Assembly (NCBI GenBank): GCA_964464435.1
Contig: CAYXGE010000001.1
Coordinates: forward strand, 9,722-73,721
Source: an uncultured Methylophilaceae bacterium
Lineage (GTDB): Bacteria; Pseudomonadota; Gammaproteobacteria; Burkholderiales; Methylophilaceae
DNA length: 64,000 nt
Direction: 5' to 3'
Shown: piece after piece, positions 31,713 to 43,171 of the stretch
Position numbering within the stretch: the stretch's first letter is position 1
Layout: every line of letters starts with the position of its first letter
The notes under the pieces: generated by a model
What the model saw: only the letters and a program-made list of their open reading frames with translations
Told to the model about the DNA's origin: nothing
Databases searched by the model: none
Position numbers and translations under genes: made by a program

Positions 31713-34412
31713 TTAACTCAACTTACCATGGCATTGTTTATATTTTTTGCCTGAACCACAAGGGCAAGGATCATTTCTGCCTACTTTTACGCCTTCAGGA
31801 ATTGCCAAACTTTCGTCTTCTGGTGCGTCTTCTTCACCAAAGTTAGCATGCTGATATTGAATATTTTCAAGCTCTGTTGGTTTATCAACCGCTTGTACGT
31901 CTTCTTCATCTCGCACTTGAACCAGCATGGTAATTCGCGTGACATCTTGTTTAACTGTATTAAGCAAACCTTCAAACAATTCAAACGCTTCACGCTTGTA
32001 TTCTTGTTTAGGATTCTTTTGCGCATATGAACGTAAATGGATGCCTTGACGTAAATGGTCCAAAGCTGCCAAGTGCTCACGCCAATGGTTATCAAGGTGT
32101 TGCAGCATCACTGCACGCTCAAAATGTCGTAGATTTTCAGCCCCTGCTTGAGCTTCTTTTTCTGTATAACGTTTATTTGCTTCATCTACAATCCGCTCAC
32201 GTAAGGTTTCCTCATGCAAATCTGGGTTGTCTTCCAGCATTTTTTGCAGTGGCATTTCAATACCTAAATCGGCTTTTAGCATGGTTTCTAAGCCCGCTAC
32301 ATCCCACTGCTCTTCTACACTTCCTGGCGGAATATGCGATGCAAACAAGCTATTGATGACGTCTTCACGCATGGCTGCAATGGTGTCGGCAACATCTGTG
32401 GCTTCTAGCAGTTCATTACGTTGTTGGTAAATGACTTTACGTTGGTCATTCGCCACGTCATCAAACTCTAGTAGTTGTTTACGAATATCAAAGTTACGAC
32501 CCTCTACCTTGCGTTGCGCATTTTCAATAGCACGCGTTACCCAAGGATGCTCAATAGCCTCACCCTCTGGCATATTGAGTTTTTCCATAATGGCAGAAAC
32601 GCGGTCTGAGGCAAAAATACGTAACAATTGATCTTCTAGCGATAGATAAAAGCGGCTTGAGCCAGGGTCACCCTGACGTCCAGCACGGCCACGCAATTGA
32701 TTATCTACACGGCGTGATTCATGACGTTCTGTACCAATAATATGCAAGCCACCTGCCGCCAATACTGCATCATGGCGTTGTTGCCACTCGGCTTTAATGC
32801 TGGCAATCTTAGTTTCTTTTTCTGCATCAGTTAAAGCTGTATCTGCGTGAACCGCCGCAATATCTGGCTCAGGATTACCCCCCAGTACAATATCGGTACC
32901 ACGACCCGCCATATTAGTAGCAATAGTGATGACACTTGGCCTACCCGCTTGCACAATTATATGCGCTTCACGCTCGTGCTGTTTTGCGTTTAATACCTGA
33001 TGTTCTAGCTTTGCCTGCGTGAGCAGTTTTGAAACCAATTCTGAACTTTCGATTGAGGTCGTACCCACCAGCACAGGCTGTCCTCGCTTAGTACAGTCTT
33101 GAATATCTTCAATCACCGCATTAAAGCGCTCCGCAGAGGTACGGTATACTTTGTCCATATGGTCTTTACGTTGCATAGGACGATGGGTAGGGATGACGAC
33201 GGTCTCCAAACCATAAATTTGGTTAAACTCATAGGCTTCCGTATCTGCTGTGCCTGTCATGCCTGACAGCTTTTTATACATTCGGAAGTAATTTTGGAAA
33301 GTAATTGAGGCCAGTGTTTGGTTTTCTTTTTGAATTGCCACTCCCTCTTTGGCCTCAACCGCTTGATGCAAACCATCAGACCATCGTCTGCCTGGCATCA
33401 TACGACCCGTAAACTCATCCACAATCACAATCTCACCATCACGCACCACATAATGTTGGTCGCGATGGAACAGGTTTTGTGCTCTTAAAGACGCATGAAG
33501 ATGGTGAACCAACGTGATACTTGCCGCTTCATATAAACTTGCACCTTCACTTAACAAACCTGCTTCTGTTAGTAAGTTTTCAGCATGCTCATGTCCTGCT
33601 TCAGAAAGTACCACTTGATGCGATTTTTCATCCACCCAAAAATCGCCTTCACCTTCTTCTTCTTTTTGACGCACTAACTTTTTCGCCACTTGATTAATCT
33701 GACCATATAAGTCAATGCTGTCATCGGCTTGTCCAGAGATAATTAATGGGGTACGGGCCTCATCAATTAAAATGGAGTCAACTTCATCTACAAGCGCATA
33801 ACTTAAGCCACGTTGCACGCGCTCTTCTGCGCGATACACCATGTTGTCACGTAAGTAATCAAAACCAAACTCGTTATTAGTACCGTAAGTAATATCAGCA
33901 GCATAGGCCTGTTGCTTAGCATCATGTTGCATCTGGGAGAGATTAATACCTACACTTAAACCCAAAAAGTTATACAGCTTAGCCATCCACTCCGCGTCAC
34001 GCTTAGCTAGGTAATCGTTCACGGTAATCACATGTACGCCTTGTCCGGTCAGCGCATTTAAGTATGCAGGCAAAGTCGCCACCAAAGTTTTACCTTCACC
34101 AGTGCGCATTTCAGCAATTTTGCCTGCATTCAGCACCATGCCACCAATCAACTGCACATCAAAGTGACGCATACCCAAAGCACGTTTACCACCTTCACGT
34201 ACTACTGCAAAGGCTTCTGGCAATAACTGCTCTAGTGTTTCACCTTGTTGAAAACGTGCTTTAAACGCTTCAGTTTTTTCACGCAACTGCGCATCTGTTA
34301 ACGCTTGCATGGCTGGCTCTAACGCATTAATCGCTTTTACCTTTTGCGTATATTGCTTCACTAGCCTGTCGTTACGACTGCCAAATAGTTTCTTAAATAC
34401 TGTGGATAACAT
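31713..34412 (-). CDS. secA: preprotein translocase ATPase SecA
   Basis: 899 aa with [10 protein letters not shown] and [19 protein letters not shown]. The C-terminal zinc finger is [14 protein letters not shown]. Confidence 0.98.
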   Translation of the reverse strand: MLSTVFKKLFGSRNDRLVKQYTQKVKAINALEPAMQALTDAQLREKTEAFKARFQQGETLEQLLPEAFAVVREGGKRALGMRHFDVQLIGGMVLNAGKIAEMRTGEGKTLVATLPAYLNALTGQGVHVITVNDYLAKRDAEWMAKLYNFLGLSVGINLSQMQHDAKQQAYAADITYGTNNEFGFDYLRDNMVYRAEERVQRGLSYALVDEVDSILIDEARTPLIISGQADDSIDLYGQINQVAKKLVRQKEEEGEGDFWVDEKSHQVVLSEAGHEHAENLLTEAGLLSEGASLYEAASITLVHHLHASLRAQNLFHRDQHYVVRDGEIVIVDEFTGRMMPGRRWSDGLHQAVEAKEGVAIQKENQTLASITFQNYFRMYKKLSGMTGTADTEAYEFNQIYGLETVVIPTHRPMQRKDHMDKVYRTSAERFNAVIEDIQDCTKRGQPVLVGTTSIESSELVSKLLTQAKLEHQVLNAKQHEREAHIIVQAGRPSVITIATNMAGRGTDIVLGGNPEPDIAAVHADTALTDAEKETKIASIKAEWQQRHDAVLAAGGLHIIGTERHESRRVDNQLRGRAGRQGDPGSSRFYLSLEDQLLRIFASDRVSAIMEKLNMPEGEAIEHPWVTRAIENAQRKVEGRNFDIRKQLLEFDDVANDQRKVIYQQRNELLEATDVADTIAAMREDVINSLFASHIPPGSVEEQWDVAGLETMLKADLGIEMPLQKMLEDNPDLHEETLRERIVDEANKRYTEKEAQAGAENLRHFERAVMLQHLDNHWREHLAALDHLRQGIHLRSYAQKNPKQEYKREAFELFEGLLNTVKQDVTRITMLVQVRDEEDVQAVDKPTELENIQYQHANFGEEDAPEDESLAIPEGVKVGRNDPCPCGSGKKYKQCHGKLS

Positions 34413-34509
34413 GAAATAACACCGACTTTCTGCGTATGCAGAACCTATAGAATAGTTGGGCTAGTAATACCAGCCCCAAGATTAAAGAATATTGTATGAA
34501 TTAAAAACA

Positions 34510-35406
34510 TTACTGACTTGCCAAAAATTTTCTAGGGTCAAGTGGCGCACCCGCTCTACGAACTTCAAAGTGCAAATGAGGCCCTGTTGATCGCCCAGTA
34601 CTACCTACCAGCGCTACAACTTGACCTTTTTTTACCACTTCACCTACCTTCACCACAATCTTTGATGCATGCGCGTAGCGTGTTTCAAAGCCATCACCAT
34701 GATCAATTTTGACAAGTTTACCATAAGCCGCCGTCTGTTCGGCAGTAGTGACTACTCCTCCAGCAGCTGCATAAATTGGCGTGCCCGTATTGGCAGGAAA
34801 ATCCAAGCCTTCATGAAACGCACTATGTCCAGAGAACGGGTCTACTCTCCAGCCAAAACTAGAGGAATTATAAGCGCCATCTAGCGGGGTATAGTCTGGA
34901 ATCATGCTTTTTTCCATACTTTTGTTAATGAGTTTCACTTCTAGCGCACTTAGATATTCAGTTTTTTCATCCAAAGCACGGCTCAAAATATCAATTTGTT
35001 GCTGTAAGGTTTCTTGAGTAAACGGAGTAGCATTGACTTGCGGTCCGCCAGTATTAGGTGGTGGAAGTTGCGTATGGGATTTTTGATTAGTATTTTTTGC
35101 AGGGTTTTCTCCAGCCAAAGTAGAAAGGCGTTTGCTTTGTGCATCTAACTGCATCATGCGAGCTTGAATTTCACCAAGTTGAATTGCCATAGCATCTAAA
35201 TGTTTTTGCGGGAAATTTGCGCCTAAATTAAGCGGCGAACTCAATAGACGCTTAACCCCCTGTTGTTGCCCCTCACCCTGTGGCACAATAAGTAGCATGG
35301 TTACCAACACAGAAACTAAAGCAACAGCCAGCAAAACCCCTACGATATGCCATACCGTAAGTGTTTTGGCCTTAGCCATGGTGTTAGATACTAGAATAAT
35401 ATTCAA
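34510..35406 (-). CDS. M23 family metallopeptidase (membrane anchored, coiled-coil N-region)
   Basis: HEGLDF and GSTGRSTGPHLHFE are present. Confidence 0.88.
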   Translation of the reverse strand: MNIILVSNTMAKAKTLTVWHIVGVLLAVALVSVLVTMLLIVPQGEGQQQGVKRLLSSPLNLGANFPQKHLDAMAIQLGEIQARMMQLDAQSKRLSTLAGENPAKNTNQKSHTQLPPPNTGGPQVNATPFTQETLQQQIDILSRALDEKTEYLSALEVKLINKSMEKSMIPDYTPLDGAYNSSSFGWRVDPFSGHSAFHEGLDFPANTGTPIYAAAGGVVTTAEQTAAYGKLVKIDHGDGFETRYAHASKIVVKVGEVVKKGQVVALVGSTGRSTGPHLHFEVRRAGAPLDPRKFLASQ

Positions 35407-35436
35407 ATCTACTAACCTAAAATTAATGGTTACTTT

Positions 35437-35865
35437 TTGACTATGTTAAAGCTAAGCCAGTACTTTACAAACGATTGTGATTTAGCCCACTTAACAAATC
35501 ATACTCAACACATTTTAATCGCGCAAAAAGCATGGCAAAGCATTGCTCCTGCTGAGCTGAGAACGCATACACAAGCAGGCGAAGTACGACACAAGCGGCT
35601 CACTATATACTGTGATAATGGAGCGGTAGCTACTAAAATCAAGATGCAACTACCGACGTTGTTATCACAACTTCAAAAACAAGGGCTAGAAGTTACTGCA
35701 ATTCGCGTTGTTGTGCAAGTCAAATCTTACAAGATTGCAGTAAAAAAACCTCATAGAATCATTGATGAACAAGGTGCTGACGCCCTAAAAAAACTAGCTG
35801 AGTCAATGACAGGTTCTGCACTTGGCGCGTCACTTGAACGCTTAGCAAGCCGAACAAACAAGTAA
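35437..35865 (+). CDS. DUF721 (DciA-like) protein
   Basis: About 140 aa, with ...KRLTIYCDNGAVATKIKMQLPTLLSQL... typical of DUF721. It lies next to M23-secA, as I recall for pseudomonads. The start is TTG at 35437 or ATG at 35443. Confidence 0.6.
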   Translation: MTMLKLSQYFTNDCDLAHLTNHTQHILIAQKAWQSIAPAELRTHTQAGEVRHKRLTIYCDNGAVATKIKMQLPTLLSQLQKQGLEVTAIRVVVQVKSYKIAVKKPHRIIDEQGADALKKLAESMTGSALGASLERLASRTNK

Positions 35866-36206
35866 TCCAAAAGAATTTTAATGGTTTATTTTAAAAAATA
35901 GATGATTTTGATTTACAGCGCACCAATTGCATAAGAACTGGTGTAAGATTCTTACAAGAAATTTTTTATTCACTGAACAATCTTATTGATGCACAGTTTG
36001 AAGATTAAATTGTTTCTGTTAGATGTTGTTTAAGTTTTAGATGTTCTGATTTAAATGGTTTATGTTTTACATGAGTTCCTTAATAAGGGATGTAGAGTGA
36101 AGACGACCTAAAACAAGTGCTTTTAGAGCGCTATGTTTTCAGTATCTAAATATTATCGTCGTCCATTCGCCATCCTATTTCAATCTTTTTTGTAAGGGAG
36201 AAGTAG

Positions 36207-38228
36207 ATGTCTGCTGGTTTGATGTTAGCAATCGCAAGCGGTTTTCTTGCCGTAATATATGGCGCAGTGATGAGTAAATGGATTTCGGGCTTACCCGCTG
36301 GTAATGCGCGAATGCAAGAAATTGCTGGCGCCATTCAACAAGGGGCGGCGGCTTATTTGTCTCGCCAATATAAAACCATTGCCATTGTAGGCGTGGTACT
36401 CGCTATTTTAATCGCCATCTTCTTAAGCAAAGAAACCGCGCTCGGGTTTGTAATTGGTGCTGTGCTTTCTGGCGCATGTGGCTTTATTGGCATGAATGTT
36501 TCAGTCAAAGCAAACGTCAGAACAGCCCAAGCAGCAACTAACGGCATAGGTCCAGCATTAGATGTTGCTTTTAAAGGCGGTGCAATTACTGGTATGTTAG
36601 TCGTGGGCTTAGGGTTACTCGGCGTAGCTGGTTTTTACTGGTTTTTAGGTGCAGAAAACGCCACAGACCTTAACCCACTCATTGGCCTAGCCTTTGGTTC
36701 TTCTCTTATTTCAATTTTTGCGCGTTTAGGCGGTGGTATTTTTACTAAAGGCGCTGACGTTGGTGCTGACTTAGTAGGCAAGGTAGAAGCGGGTATTCCA
36801 GAAGATGACCCACGCAACCCAGCAGTGATTGCCGATAACGTAGGCGACAACGTAGGGGACTGCGCAGGCATGGCAGCTGACTTATTTGAAACTTATGCGG
36901 TGACACTGATTGCCACCATGGTATTAGGTGGCTTGATGGCGGCACATGGCGGCACAAATGCAGTCATTTATCCGCTAGCTTTAGGTGCGGTGTCAATTGT
37001 AGCTTCTATCATCGGTTGCTTCTTTGTTAAAGCATCTCCAGGCATGAAAAACGTGATGCCAGCGCTATATAAAGGCTTGGCTGTGGCTGGTTTACTGTCA
37101 CTTGGCGCATTTTACTTTGTAACACAACAACTCTTCCCAGAAGGTCTAGGCGATATAAGTGCAAATGCATTATTTGGCACATGTGCTGTTGGCCTTGTAT
37201 TAACTGCGGCATTGGTTTGGATTACCGAGTACTACACAGGTACTGACTACGCACCAGTGAAACATGTTGCACAAGCCTCTACTACTGGGCATGCCACCAA
37301 TATTATTGCGGGTATTGGTATCTCTATGAAATCTACCGCTTGGCCAGTACTTTCAGTGTGTTTAGCCATTTGGGCTGCGTTTCACTTAGGCGGTTTATAC
37401 GGCATTGCTGTAGCAGCGACATCCATGCTCAGCATGGCCGGTATTGTCGTAGCCCTGGATGCTTACGGCCCAATTACTGACAACGCTGGCGGTATTGCAG
37501 AAATGGCTGAGTTACCGAGTAGCGTGCGTGATGTCACTGACCCACTTGACGCAGTTGGCAACACGACCAAAGCCGTTACCAAAGGTTATGCCATCGGCTC
37601 TGCAGGTTTGGCGGCACTCGTGCTTTTTGCCGATTACACCCACAAATTATCTGGCGCAGGGATTGATGTAAAATTTGATCTGAGTGACCCAATGGTGATT
37701 ATTGGTCTCTTTATTGGTGGTCTCATTCCATTCTTATTTGCGGCCATGGCTATGGAAGCGGTGGGCAGAGCGGCAGGTAGTGTGGTGGAGGAAGTACGCC
37801 GTCAATTTAGAGATATTAAGGGCATTATGGAAGGCACCGCTAAGCCAGAATACGGTAAAGCGGTTGATATGCTCACCACTGCAGCTATTAAAGAAATGAT
37901 GGTGCCATCACTGTTACCAGTTGCAGTGCCTATTGCGGTTGGCTTACTACTTGGCCCAATTGCATTAGGTGGCTTGCTCATGGGCACAATTGTTACAGGT
38001 TTATTTGTAGCCATTTCAATGTGTACAGGTGGTGGTGCTTGGGATAACGCTAAAAAGTATATTGAAGATGGCAACCACGGCGGTAAAGGCTCAGATGCGC
38101 ATAAAGCAGCAGTGACTGGTGATACCGTTGGCGACCCATACAAAGATACGGCTGGCCCAGCGGTAAACCCCTTGATTAAAATTATTAATATTGTGGCATT
38201 GTTAATTGTGCCGTTATTACACGTTTAA
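36207..38228 (+). CDS. hppA: membrane-bound proton-translocating pyrophosphatase, K+-independent type
   Basis: [16 protein letters not shown] and DNAGGIAEM are present. GNTTKAV carries Lys at the A/K switch position, which marks K+-independent enzymes. Confidence 0.93.
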   Translation: MSAGLMLAIASGFLAVIYGAVMSKWISGLPAGNARMQEIAGAIQQGAAAYLSRQYKTIAIVGVVLAILIAIFLSKETALGFVIGAVLSGACGFIGMNVSVKANVRTAQAATNGIGPALDVAFKGGAITGMLVVGLGLLGVAGFYWFLGAENATDLNPLIGLAFGSSLISIFARLGGGIFTKGADVGADLVGKVEAGIPEDDPRNPAVIADNVGDNVGDCAGMAADLFETYAVTLIATMVLGGLMAAHGGTNAVIYPLALGAVSIVASIIGCFFVKASPGMKNVMPALYKGLAVAGLLSLGAFYFVTQQLFPEGLGDISANALFGTCAVGLVLTAALVWITEYYTGTDYAPVKHVAQASTTGHATNIIAGIGISMKSTAWPVLSVCLAIWAAFHLGGLYGIAVAATSMLSMAGIVVALDAYGPITDNAGGIAEMAELPSSVRDVTDPLDAVGNTTKAVTKGYAIGSAGLAALVLFADYTHKLSGAGIDVKFDLSDPMVIIGLFIGGLIPFLFAAMAMEAVGRAAGSVVEEVRRQFRDIKGIMEGTAKPEYGKAVDMLTTAAIKEMMVPSLLPVAVPIAVGLLLGPIALGGLLMGTIVTGLFVAISMCTGGGAWDNAKKYIEDGNHGGKGSDAHKAAVTGDTVGDPYKDTAGPAVNPLIKIINIVALLIVPLLHV

Positions 38229-38244
38229 TTAACAACCAACTATC

Positions 38245-38271
38245 AAAAAGGCAGCCTAGGCTGCCTTTTTT
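38245..38271 (+). terminator. intrinsic terminator after hppA
   Basis: AAAAA-GGCAGCC-TA-GGCTGCC-TTTTTT. Confidence 0.8.
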
Positions 38272-38315
38272 AATGTGGCTCAACGCCAATATTGACAAGC
38301 AATTTTAGGTATTAA

Positions 38316-39995
38316 CTAATCTCTACCTGAACGCCAAATTGAAATCATCAACACTAAGCCAATAATAAAGGCTAAGAAAAACCCCATAAATCCAAATGCA
38401 GGCAAGCCAAACATGGTAGGACCACCTTGCACTGTCATGACAATTGATGAACCGACGATGAGTGCTGCGGTAATCATGGCAATGGTTAAACGGTTAGTAC
38501 TATGGTCAAGCTGATGACCAAAATGATCTAAACGTTTAAGGTCTAGGTTTAACTTAAGTTTTCCGCGTGCTGCTTCTCTTAGCACTTGTGACACATCGCC
38601 CGGTAATCCGCTTAACGCTTTAATGAGCTTGGTTGAGCTTCTATGCCCTTTTTTAAGCAAGTTTGCAGGCATGTAACGGTCAATAATAATTTTTTTAACG
38701 TAGGGTGCTAAATGTTTGACGATTTGAAAATCGGGGTCAAGCTGTCGGCCCAAACCTTCTAATGTAATGAGGGCTTTAAATAACATGGTGAGGTCTGGCG
38801 GCACTGCTAAACGATTTTCACGCATGATGGTGGTCAACTCATTGAGGACTTGGCTAAAACGAATTTGTCGCATCGGCGCATTATCATAGTTACAAATAAA
38901 CTCATCGACGTCTGCAAACAGTTTTTCTTCGTCAATTTCTACATCGCCTGCCCATGAAATCAAGGTGTCTCGCAAACTTGCAACATCACGCGAGACTAAA
39001 GCTGAAAGTAGATCGGCAATTTCATTTCTACGCTCAACCGTAATACGTCCCACCATGCCGCAATCAATAATGGCAAGGCGATTCTCTGGCAAATAAAAGA
39101 TATTGCCTGGATGCGGGTCTGCATGAAAAAAACCATCCACTAACACCATTTTAAGCACGGCATTTGCACCACGCTTTGCTAACTCTGGCAAATCTAAACC
39201 CGCTTCTTCAGCCGCCTGTAAATTGTTGCCCGGAATACCATTGATGTAATCCATGACTAAAATTGATTCACTTGAGTATTCCCAATAAATCTTAGCAAAC
39301 TGCACGGTATTATCTTGTTCAAAATTTTTACTAAAGCGCTCGGTATTTCTGCCTTCTAGCGCTAAATCCAACTCTCTCCTGAGAGATTTAGAAAACTGCC
39401 CTATAATTTTACCCAGCTGAAAACGCTTTACCTGCGGAAATTCGGACTCAAGCACACGCCCTAAGTGCGATAATAAGCGCAAGTCTGCCTCAATACTCAC
39501 TTCAACATTGGGTCTTCTTACTTTTAGCACCACTGGCGTACCATCTTGCAGCTTGGCTAAATGCACTTGCGCAATAGAGGCCGCAGCAATCGGTTTGGTT
39601 TGAAACTCAGTAAATACGTCTTCGGGAGAACGTCCTAGTGCATTTTCCATTTGAGGAAGAAGCGCCTCATAAGACACTGAGGGCACATGGTCTTGCAACT
39701 TAGCAAATTCGTTAATCCAAGAAGGCGGAAACACATCGGGACGCGTAGCAAGCAACTGCCCAAGCTTGATAAAGGTTGGTCCTAACTCTTGAATTGCTAA
39801 CCGAATACGCACTTCAACTGGAAGCTCTTTAATATCATCGGGCATTTTGGTCGCAAGTCGCCTACCCGCCCAAGCAATCACACTACCCTTACCCAATCGC
39901 TGCGCCGCATCGCCCCAGCCATATTTCATGGCAATACCGGCAATTGTGCGTAATCTTTTGAAATCACGCATCACAGAAAATGTGGTTCTAATCAT
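38316..39995 (-). CDS. ABC1/UbiB-family atypical kinase with C-terminal TM helices
   Basis: The ABC1 motifs are PIAAASIAQVH and HADPHPGNIF. There are two C-terminal hydrophobic helices. Confidence 0.8.
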   Translation of the reverse strand: MIRTTFSVMRDFKRLRTIAGIAMKYGWGDAAQRLGKGSVIAWAGRRLATKMPDDIKELPVEVRIRLAIQELGPTFIKLGQLLATRPDVFPPSWINEFAKLQDHVPSVSYEALLPQMENALGRSPEDVFTEFQTKPIAAASIAQVHLAKLQDGTPVVLKVRRPNVEVSIEADLRLLSHLGRVLESEFPQVKRFQLGKIIGQFSKSLRRELDLALEGRNTERFSKNFEQDNTVQFAKIYWEYSSESILVMDYINGIPGNNLQAAEEAGLDLPELAKRGANAVLKMVLVDGFFHADPHPGNIFYLPENRLAIIDCGMVGRITVERRNEIADLLSALVSRDVASLRDTLISWAGDVEIDEEKLFADVDEFICNYDNAPMRQIRFSQVLNELTTIMRENRLAVPPDLTMLFKALITLEGLGRQLDPDFQIVKHLAPYVKKIIIDRYMPANLLKKGHRSSTKLIKALSGLPGDVSQVLREAARGKLKLNLDLKRLDHFGHQLDHSTNRLTIAMITAALIVGSSIVMTVQGGPTMFGLPAFGFMGFFLAFIIGLVLMISIWRSGRD

Positions 39996-40157
39996 AGTGA
40001 TCTATCATTTAGTTGAGTGTTAACCAATCATTAAACCAACAAGAATTTTATATAGGATTGTTGTTTTTTCAACAATTTCATGAATTTATACCATATTTTA
40101 CAATTAAATTATCATGTTTGTTTGCATTATTGTCATAAGCCATTTAGAATTTTTGTC

Positions 40158-40688
40158 ATGAAAAAGTTAAGTGTTATGTTTCTAACAGCGCTCATTACAT
40201 GCCAACAGCTCATGGCTGATGAGCTATCGTCTGTAGATATTGCGTCAACTGAATCAAGTTTACAAGACAATATTGTGCAACAAGCGCAAAACTGGTCGCA
40301 AAAAGCCGAAGAAGTCATTATTAATGCACTTGGTTTAATTGGTATTGAATACAAACAAGGTGGTAGCACACCCGAAACAGGTTTTGATTGCAGCGGGTTT
40401 GTATCATATGTGTTTAAACAAGCCGCCAATATTAGCTTGCCACATGGCGCTAGAGCCATGAGTCAACTTGGACAACAAGTAGCACCAAGCGAATTAAAAC
40501 CGGGAGATTTAGTGTTTTTTAATACGCTAAAAAAAACGTTTTCACATGTTGGTATTTACCTTGGCAACAATAAATTTATTCATGCGCCGAGTGCAGGCAA
40601 AGTAGTGCGCGTTGAAAATATGGATTCGAGCTATTGGAATAGTCGCTTTAATGGCGCAGTGCGCGTCACCGCAGAAGATACGCAGTAA
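40158..40688 (+). CDS. NlpC/P60 (C40) cell-wall peptidase
   Basis: The signal peptide starts at MKKLSVMFLTALI. The catalytic motifs are FDCSGFV and SHVGIY...FIHAP. The start is moved from the tracked 40080. Confidence 0.85.
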   Translation: MKKLSVMFLTALITCQQLMADELSSVDIASTESSLQDNIVQQAQNWSQKAEEVIINALGLIGIEYKQGGSTPETGFDCSGFVSYVFKQAANISLPHGARAMSQLGQQVAPSELKPGDLVFFNTLKKTFSHVGIYLGNNKFIHAPSAGKVVRVENMDSSYWNSRFNGAVRVTAEDTQ

Positions 40689-40696
40689 ACTCAGTT

Positions 40697-41002
40697 TCAA
40701 CCTTCACCATCTTTGCGCTCGCTATGCCCTAAATCACGGTCTGGTGCAATAATATCTCGAATTAACTGCTTCAACTCTTTTGACTCTGGAAACCTTGCTG
40801 CTTCTTTTCGAGAAAATATCAGATCGTCGTTTAGGCGCACTTCAAAAATTCCGCCGGTGCCTGGCTTTAAAGTGACACTGTTTAACTCTTGCTCAAAGGT
40901 GGTCAAAAGCTCTTGTGCTAACCAAGCCGCTCTGAGTAACCATCTGCATTGTGTGCAATATTCAATCTGCACATTAAAAGCTAGCATCATTGCATCACCC
41001 AT
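40697..41002 (-). CDS. SelT/SelW/SelH (Rdx) family thioredoxin-like protein, Cys form
   Basis: IEYCTQCRW is the CxxC redox motif in the Rdx context. The size is ~95-100 aa, and the exact Met start is ambiguous. Confidence 0.7.
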   Translation of the reverse strand: MGDAMMLAFNVQIEYCTQCRWLLRAAWLAQELLTTFEQELNSVTLKPGTGGIFEVRLNDDLIFSRKEAARFPESKELKQLIRDIIAPDRDLGHSERKDGEG

Positions 41003-41099
41003 TCACAGTAAAATAATAAATTAAACCATTTTAGTAGCAACCGTGTCTTAATGATGCATAGTTGCTATAATTGCATTACCTTTCAATGGAAAATATAAC

Positions 41100-42491
41100 A
41101 TGTTTAATCGTTTTAATAAGTTTGGTTACGTTGCCCTAGGTGCTATTTTTGGGATGTTGTTAAGCCTTAATATTTCAGTCTTTGCTGAAAAAATGGCAGC
41201 ACCACAGCTACCTTTAGACGATTTGCGTGCTTTTGCTGAAATTTTTGGCAAAATTAAAAGTGATTATGTTGAACCTGTTGAAGACAAAAAACTGATTACT
41301 GAAGCCATTAATGGCATGCTTACAGGCTTAGACCCTCACTCTACTTATTTAGATGCTGACGGTTTTAAAGATTTACAAGCTGGCACGCAAGGCGAGTTTG
41401 GTGGCTTAGGTATTGAAGTGGGTATGGAAGATGGTTTAGTTAAAGTCGTTTCACCTATTGAAGACAGCCCTGCTCACCGCGCTGGCATCAGAACCAATGA
41501 CCTGATATTTAAATTAGATGATGCCCAAGTTAAAGGCATGACCCTTAACGATGCCGTTAAGAAAATGCGTGGCAAGCCAGATACCGATATCGTTCTCACT
41601 ATTTTGCGTAAAGGCGAAGCTAATCCGCTAACCTTTAAGTTAACGCGTGCCGTTATTAAAAACAAAAGCGTTAAACCTAAACTTACGCAAACTGATTACG
41701 GTTATGTGCGTATTACCCAATTTCAAGAACATACGGGTGAAGATTTAGCCAATGCACTCAAAGCCTTGCATGATGAAAACAAAACGCCGCTTAAAGGCTT
41801 TGTTTTAGATTTACGCAATAACCCCGGTGGCTTACTAAATGCTGCCGTGGGTGTGAGTGCGGCATTTATTCCCAAAGATGAGCTAGTAGTTTACACAGAA
41901 GGCCGTGCAGAAGATGCAAAAATGCAGTTAACTGCTAATCCAGATAATTATGTGCGCGGTGGAGCAAGCAAAGGAGATTACATCAACAAAGTGCCCGCTG
42001 AGTTTAAAAATATTCCGATGGTCGTATTGGTCAATGGTGGCTCAGCCTCTGCTTCAGAAATTGTCGCTGGCGCCTTACAAGACCATAAACGTGCGGTTGT
42101 CATGGGCACGCAAAGCTTTGGCAAAGGCTCTGTACAAACCATATTACCAATGAATAATGGTAGTGCAATTAAACTTACCACGGCGCGTTACTTCACACCT
42201 AAAGGTCGCTCTATTCAGGCCAAAGGGATTGTGCCAGACATTATTGTGGATGAAACTGCTAACGGTCCACTTGACCATAGCTTAAGCGTTAAAGAAGCAG
42301 ATTTAAGTGGGCATTTGTCTAACCCTAAAGAAGCTGAAGCACCCAGCAAAAATGAAGGGGTCAAAGTACCGCAAAACGAAAGTAAATATGCCGAAAAATT
42401 TACCCCCATTGAGTTTGGCTCAAAAGATGACTACCAACTTAATCAAGCGCTTAACCTGCTAAAGGGTGTGCAAATTATGGGTCGTAAATAA
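41100..42491 (+). CDS. ctpA: S41 carboxy-terminal processing peptidase
   Basis: A PDZ segment (GGLGIEV....V.SPIEDSPA..AGI...D), the catalytic GGSASASEI and FGKGSVQ are present. Confidence 0.9.
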   Translation: MFNRFNKFGYVALGAIFGMLLSLNISVFAEKMAAPQLPLDDLRAFAEIFGKIKSDYVEPVEDKKLITEAINGMLTGLDPHSTYLDADGFKDLQAGTQGEFGGLGIEVGMEDGLVKVVSPIEDSPAHRAGIRTNDLIFKLDDAQVKGMTLNDAVKKMRGKPDTDIVLTILRKGEANPLTFKLTRAVIKNKSVKPKLTQTDYGYVRITQFQEHTGEDLANALKALHDENKTPLKGFVLDLRNNPGGLLNAAVGVSAAFIPKDELVVYTEGRAEDAKMQLTANPDNYVRGGASKGDYINKVPAEFKNIPMVVLVNGGSASASEIVAGALQDHKRAVVMGTQSFGKGSVQTILPMNNGSAIKLTTARYFTPKGRSIQAKGIVPDIIVDETANGPLDHSLSVKEADLSGHLSNPKEAEAPSKNEGVKVPQNESKYAEKFTPIEFGSKDDYQLNQALNLLKGVQIMGRK

Positions 42492-42499
42492 TTGAGATT

Positions 42500-43123
42500 G
42501 TGATGTTAGACAAACTCATTGTTGAATTCGATAGAGGGTTACGCACACTGTTAGCCTCTGCGCATAGTGGACGCAAGCACCCTGACGAAGCATTAGCAGA
42601 TGCGCCTTTAAATGACGCAGAAAAGCAACATGTTATTGGCCTTATGCGCGTTAATCACTGCGGAGAAGTATGCGCACAAGCGCTTTATAGTGGGCAATCG
42701 TTAACTTCACGCAACCCCACAACAGTCAAAGCGCTTGAAAAAGCTGCTCAAGAAGAGGTTGAACACCTTGCATGGTGCGAAAAACGGATTAAAGAGCTAG
42801 GTGGGACAACAAGCGTATTGAACCCACTTTGGTACGGTGGCTCTTTTGCGCTTGGGGCCTTAGCTGGCCTTGTGGGTGACAAATGGAACCTCGGTTTTTT
42901 GGCTGAAACTGAAAAACAAGTAGGTAAACATTTGCATGAGCACTTATTAAATATTCCACAGCAAGATACCAAAACCCGCGCCATCTTAGAACAAATGCAA
43001 CAAGATGAAGCGCAACATGCTGAGATGGCCGTGGCGTATGGTGCTGCTGAACTTCCAATACCAGTGAAAGTTGCCATGCAAATGAGTGCTAAACTCATGA
43101 CCAACACTTCTTATCACTTTTGA
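42500..43123 (+). CDS. coq7: demethoxyubiquinone hydroxylase (di-iron Coq7)
   Basis: The di-iron ExxH motifs are EEVEHL and DEAQHA. The N-terminal RVNHCGEVCAQALY is typical of Coq7. Confidence 0.88.
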   Translation: MMLDKLIVEFDRGLRTLLASAHSGRKHPDEALADAPLNDAEKQHVIGLMRVNHCGEVCAQALYSGQSLTSRNPTTVKALEKAAQEEVEHLAWCEKRIKELGGTTSVLNPLWYGGSFALGALAGLVGDKWNLGFLAETEKQVGKHLHEHLLNIPQQDTKTRAILEQMQQDEAQHAEMAVAYGAAELPIPVKVAMQMSAKLMTNTSYHF

Positions 43124-43171
43124 TTCTTAATTTTTCTCTTTTAATATTTAATTCTTAACCTTAATTTAGCC

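Noticed and set aside
40697-41002. Possible selenoprotein (Rdx/SelW family) with in-frame UGA recoding.
   Set aside because: The redox motif is encoded as CTQC with ordinary Cys codons. There is no in-frame TGA, so this is the Cys-form homologue.
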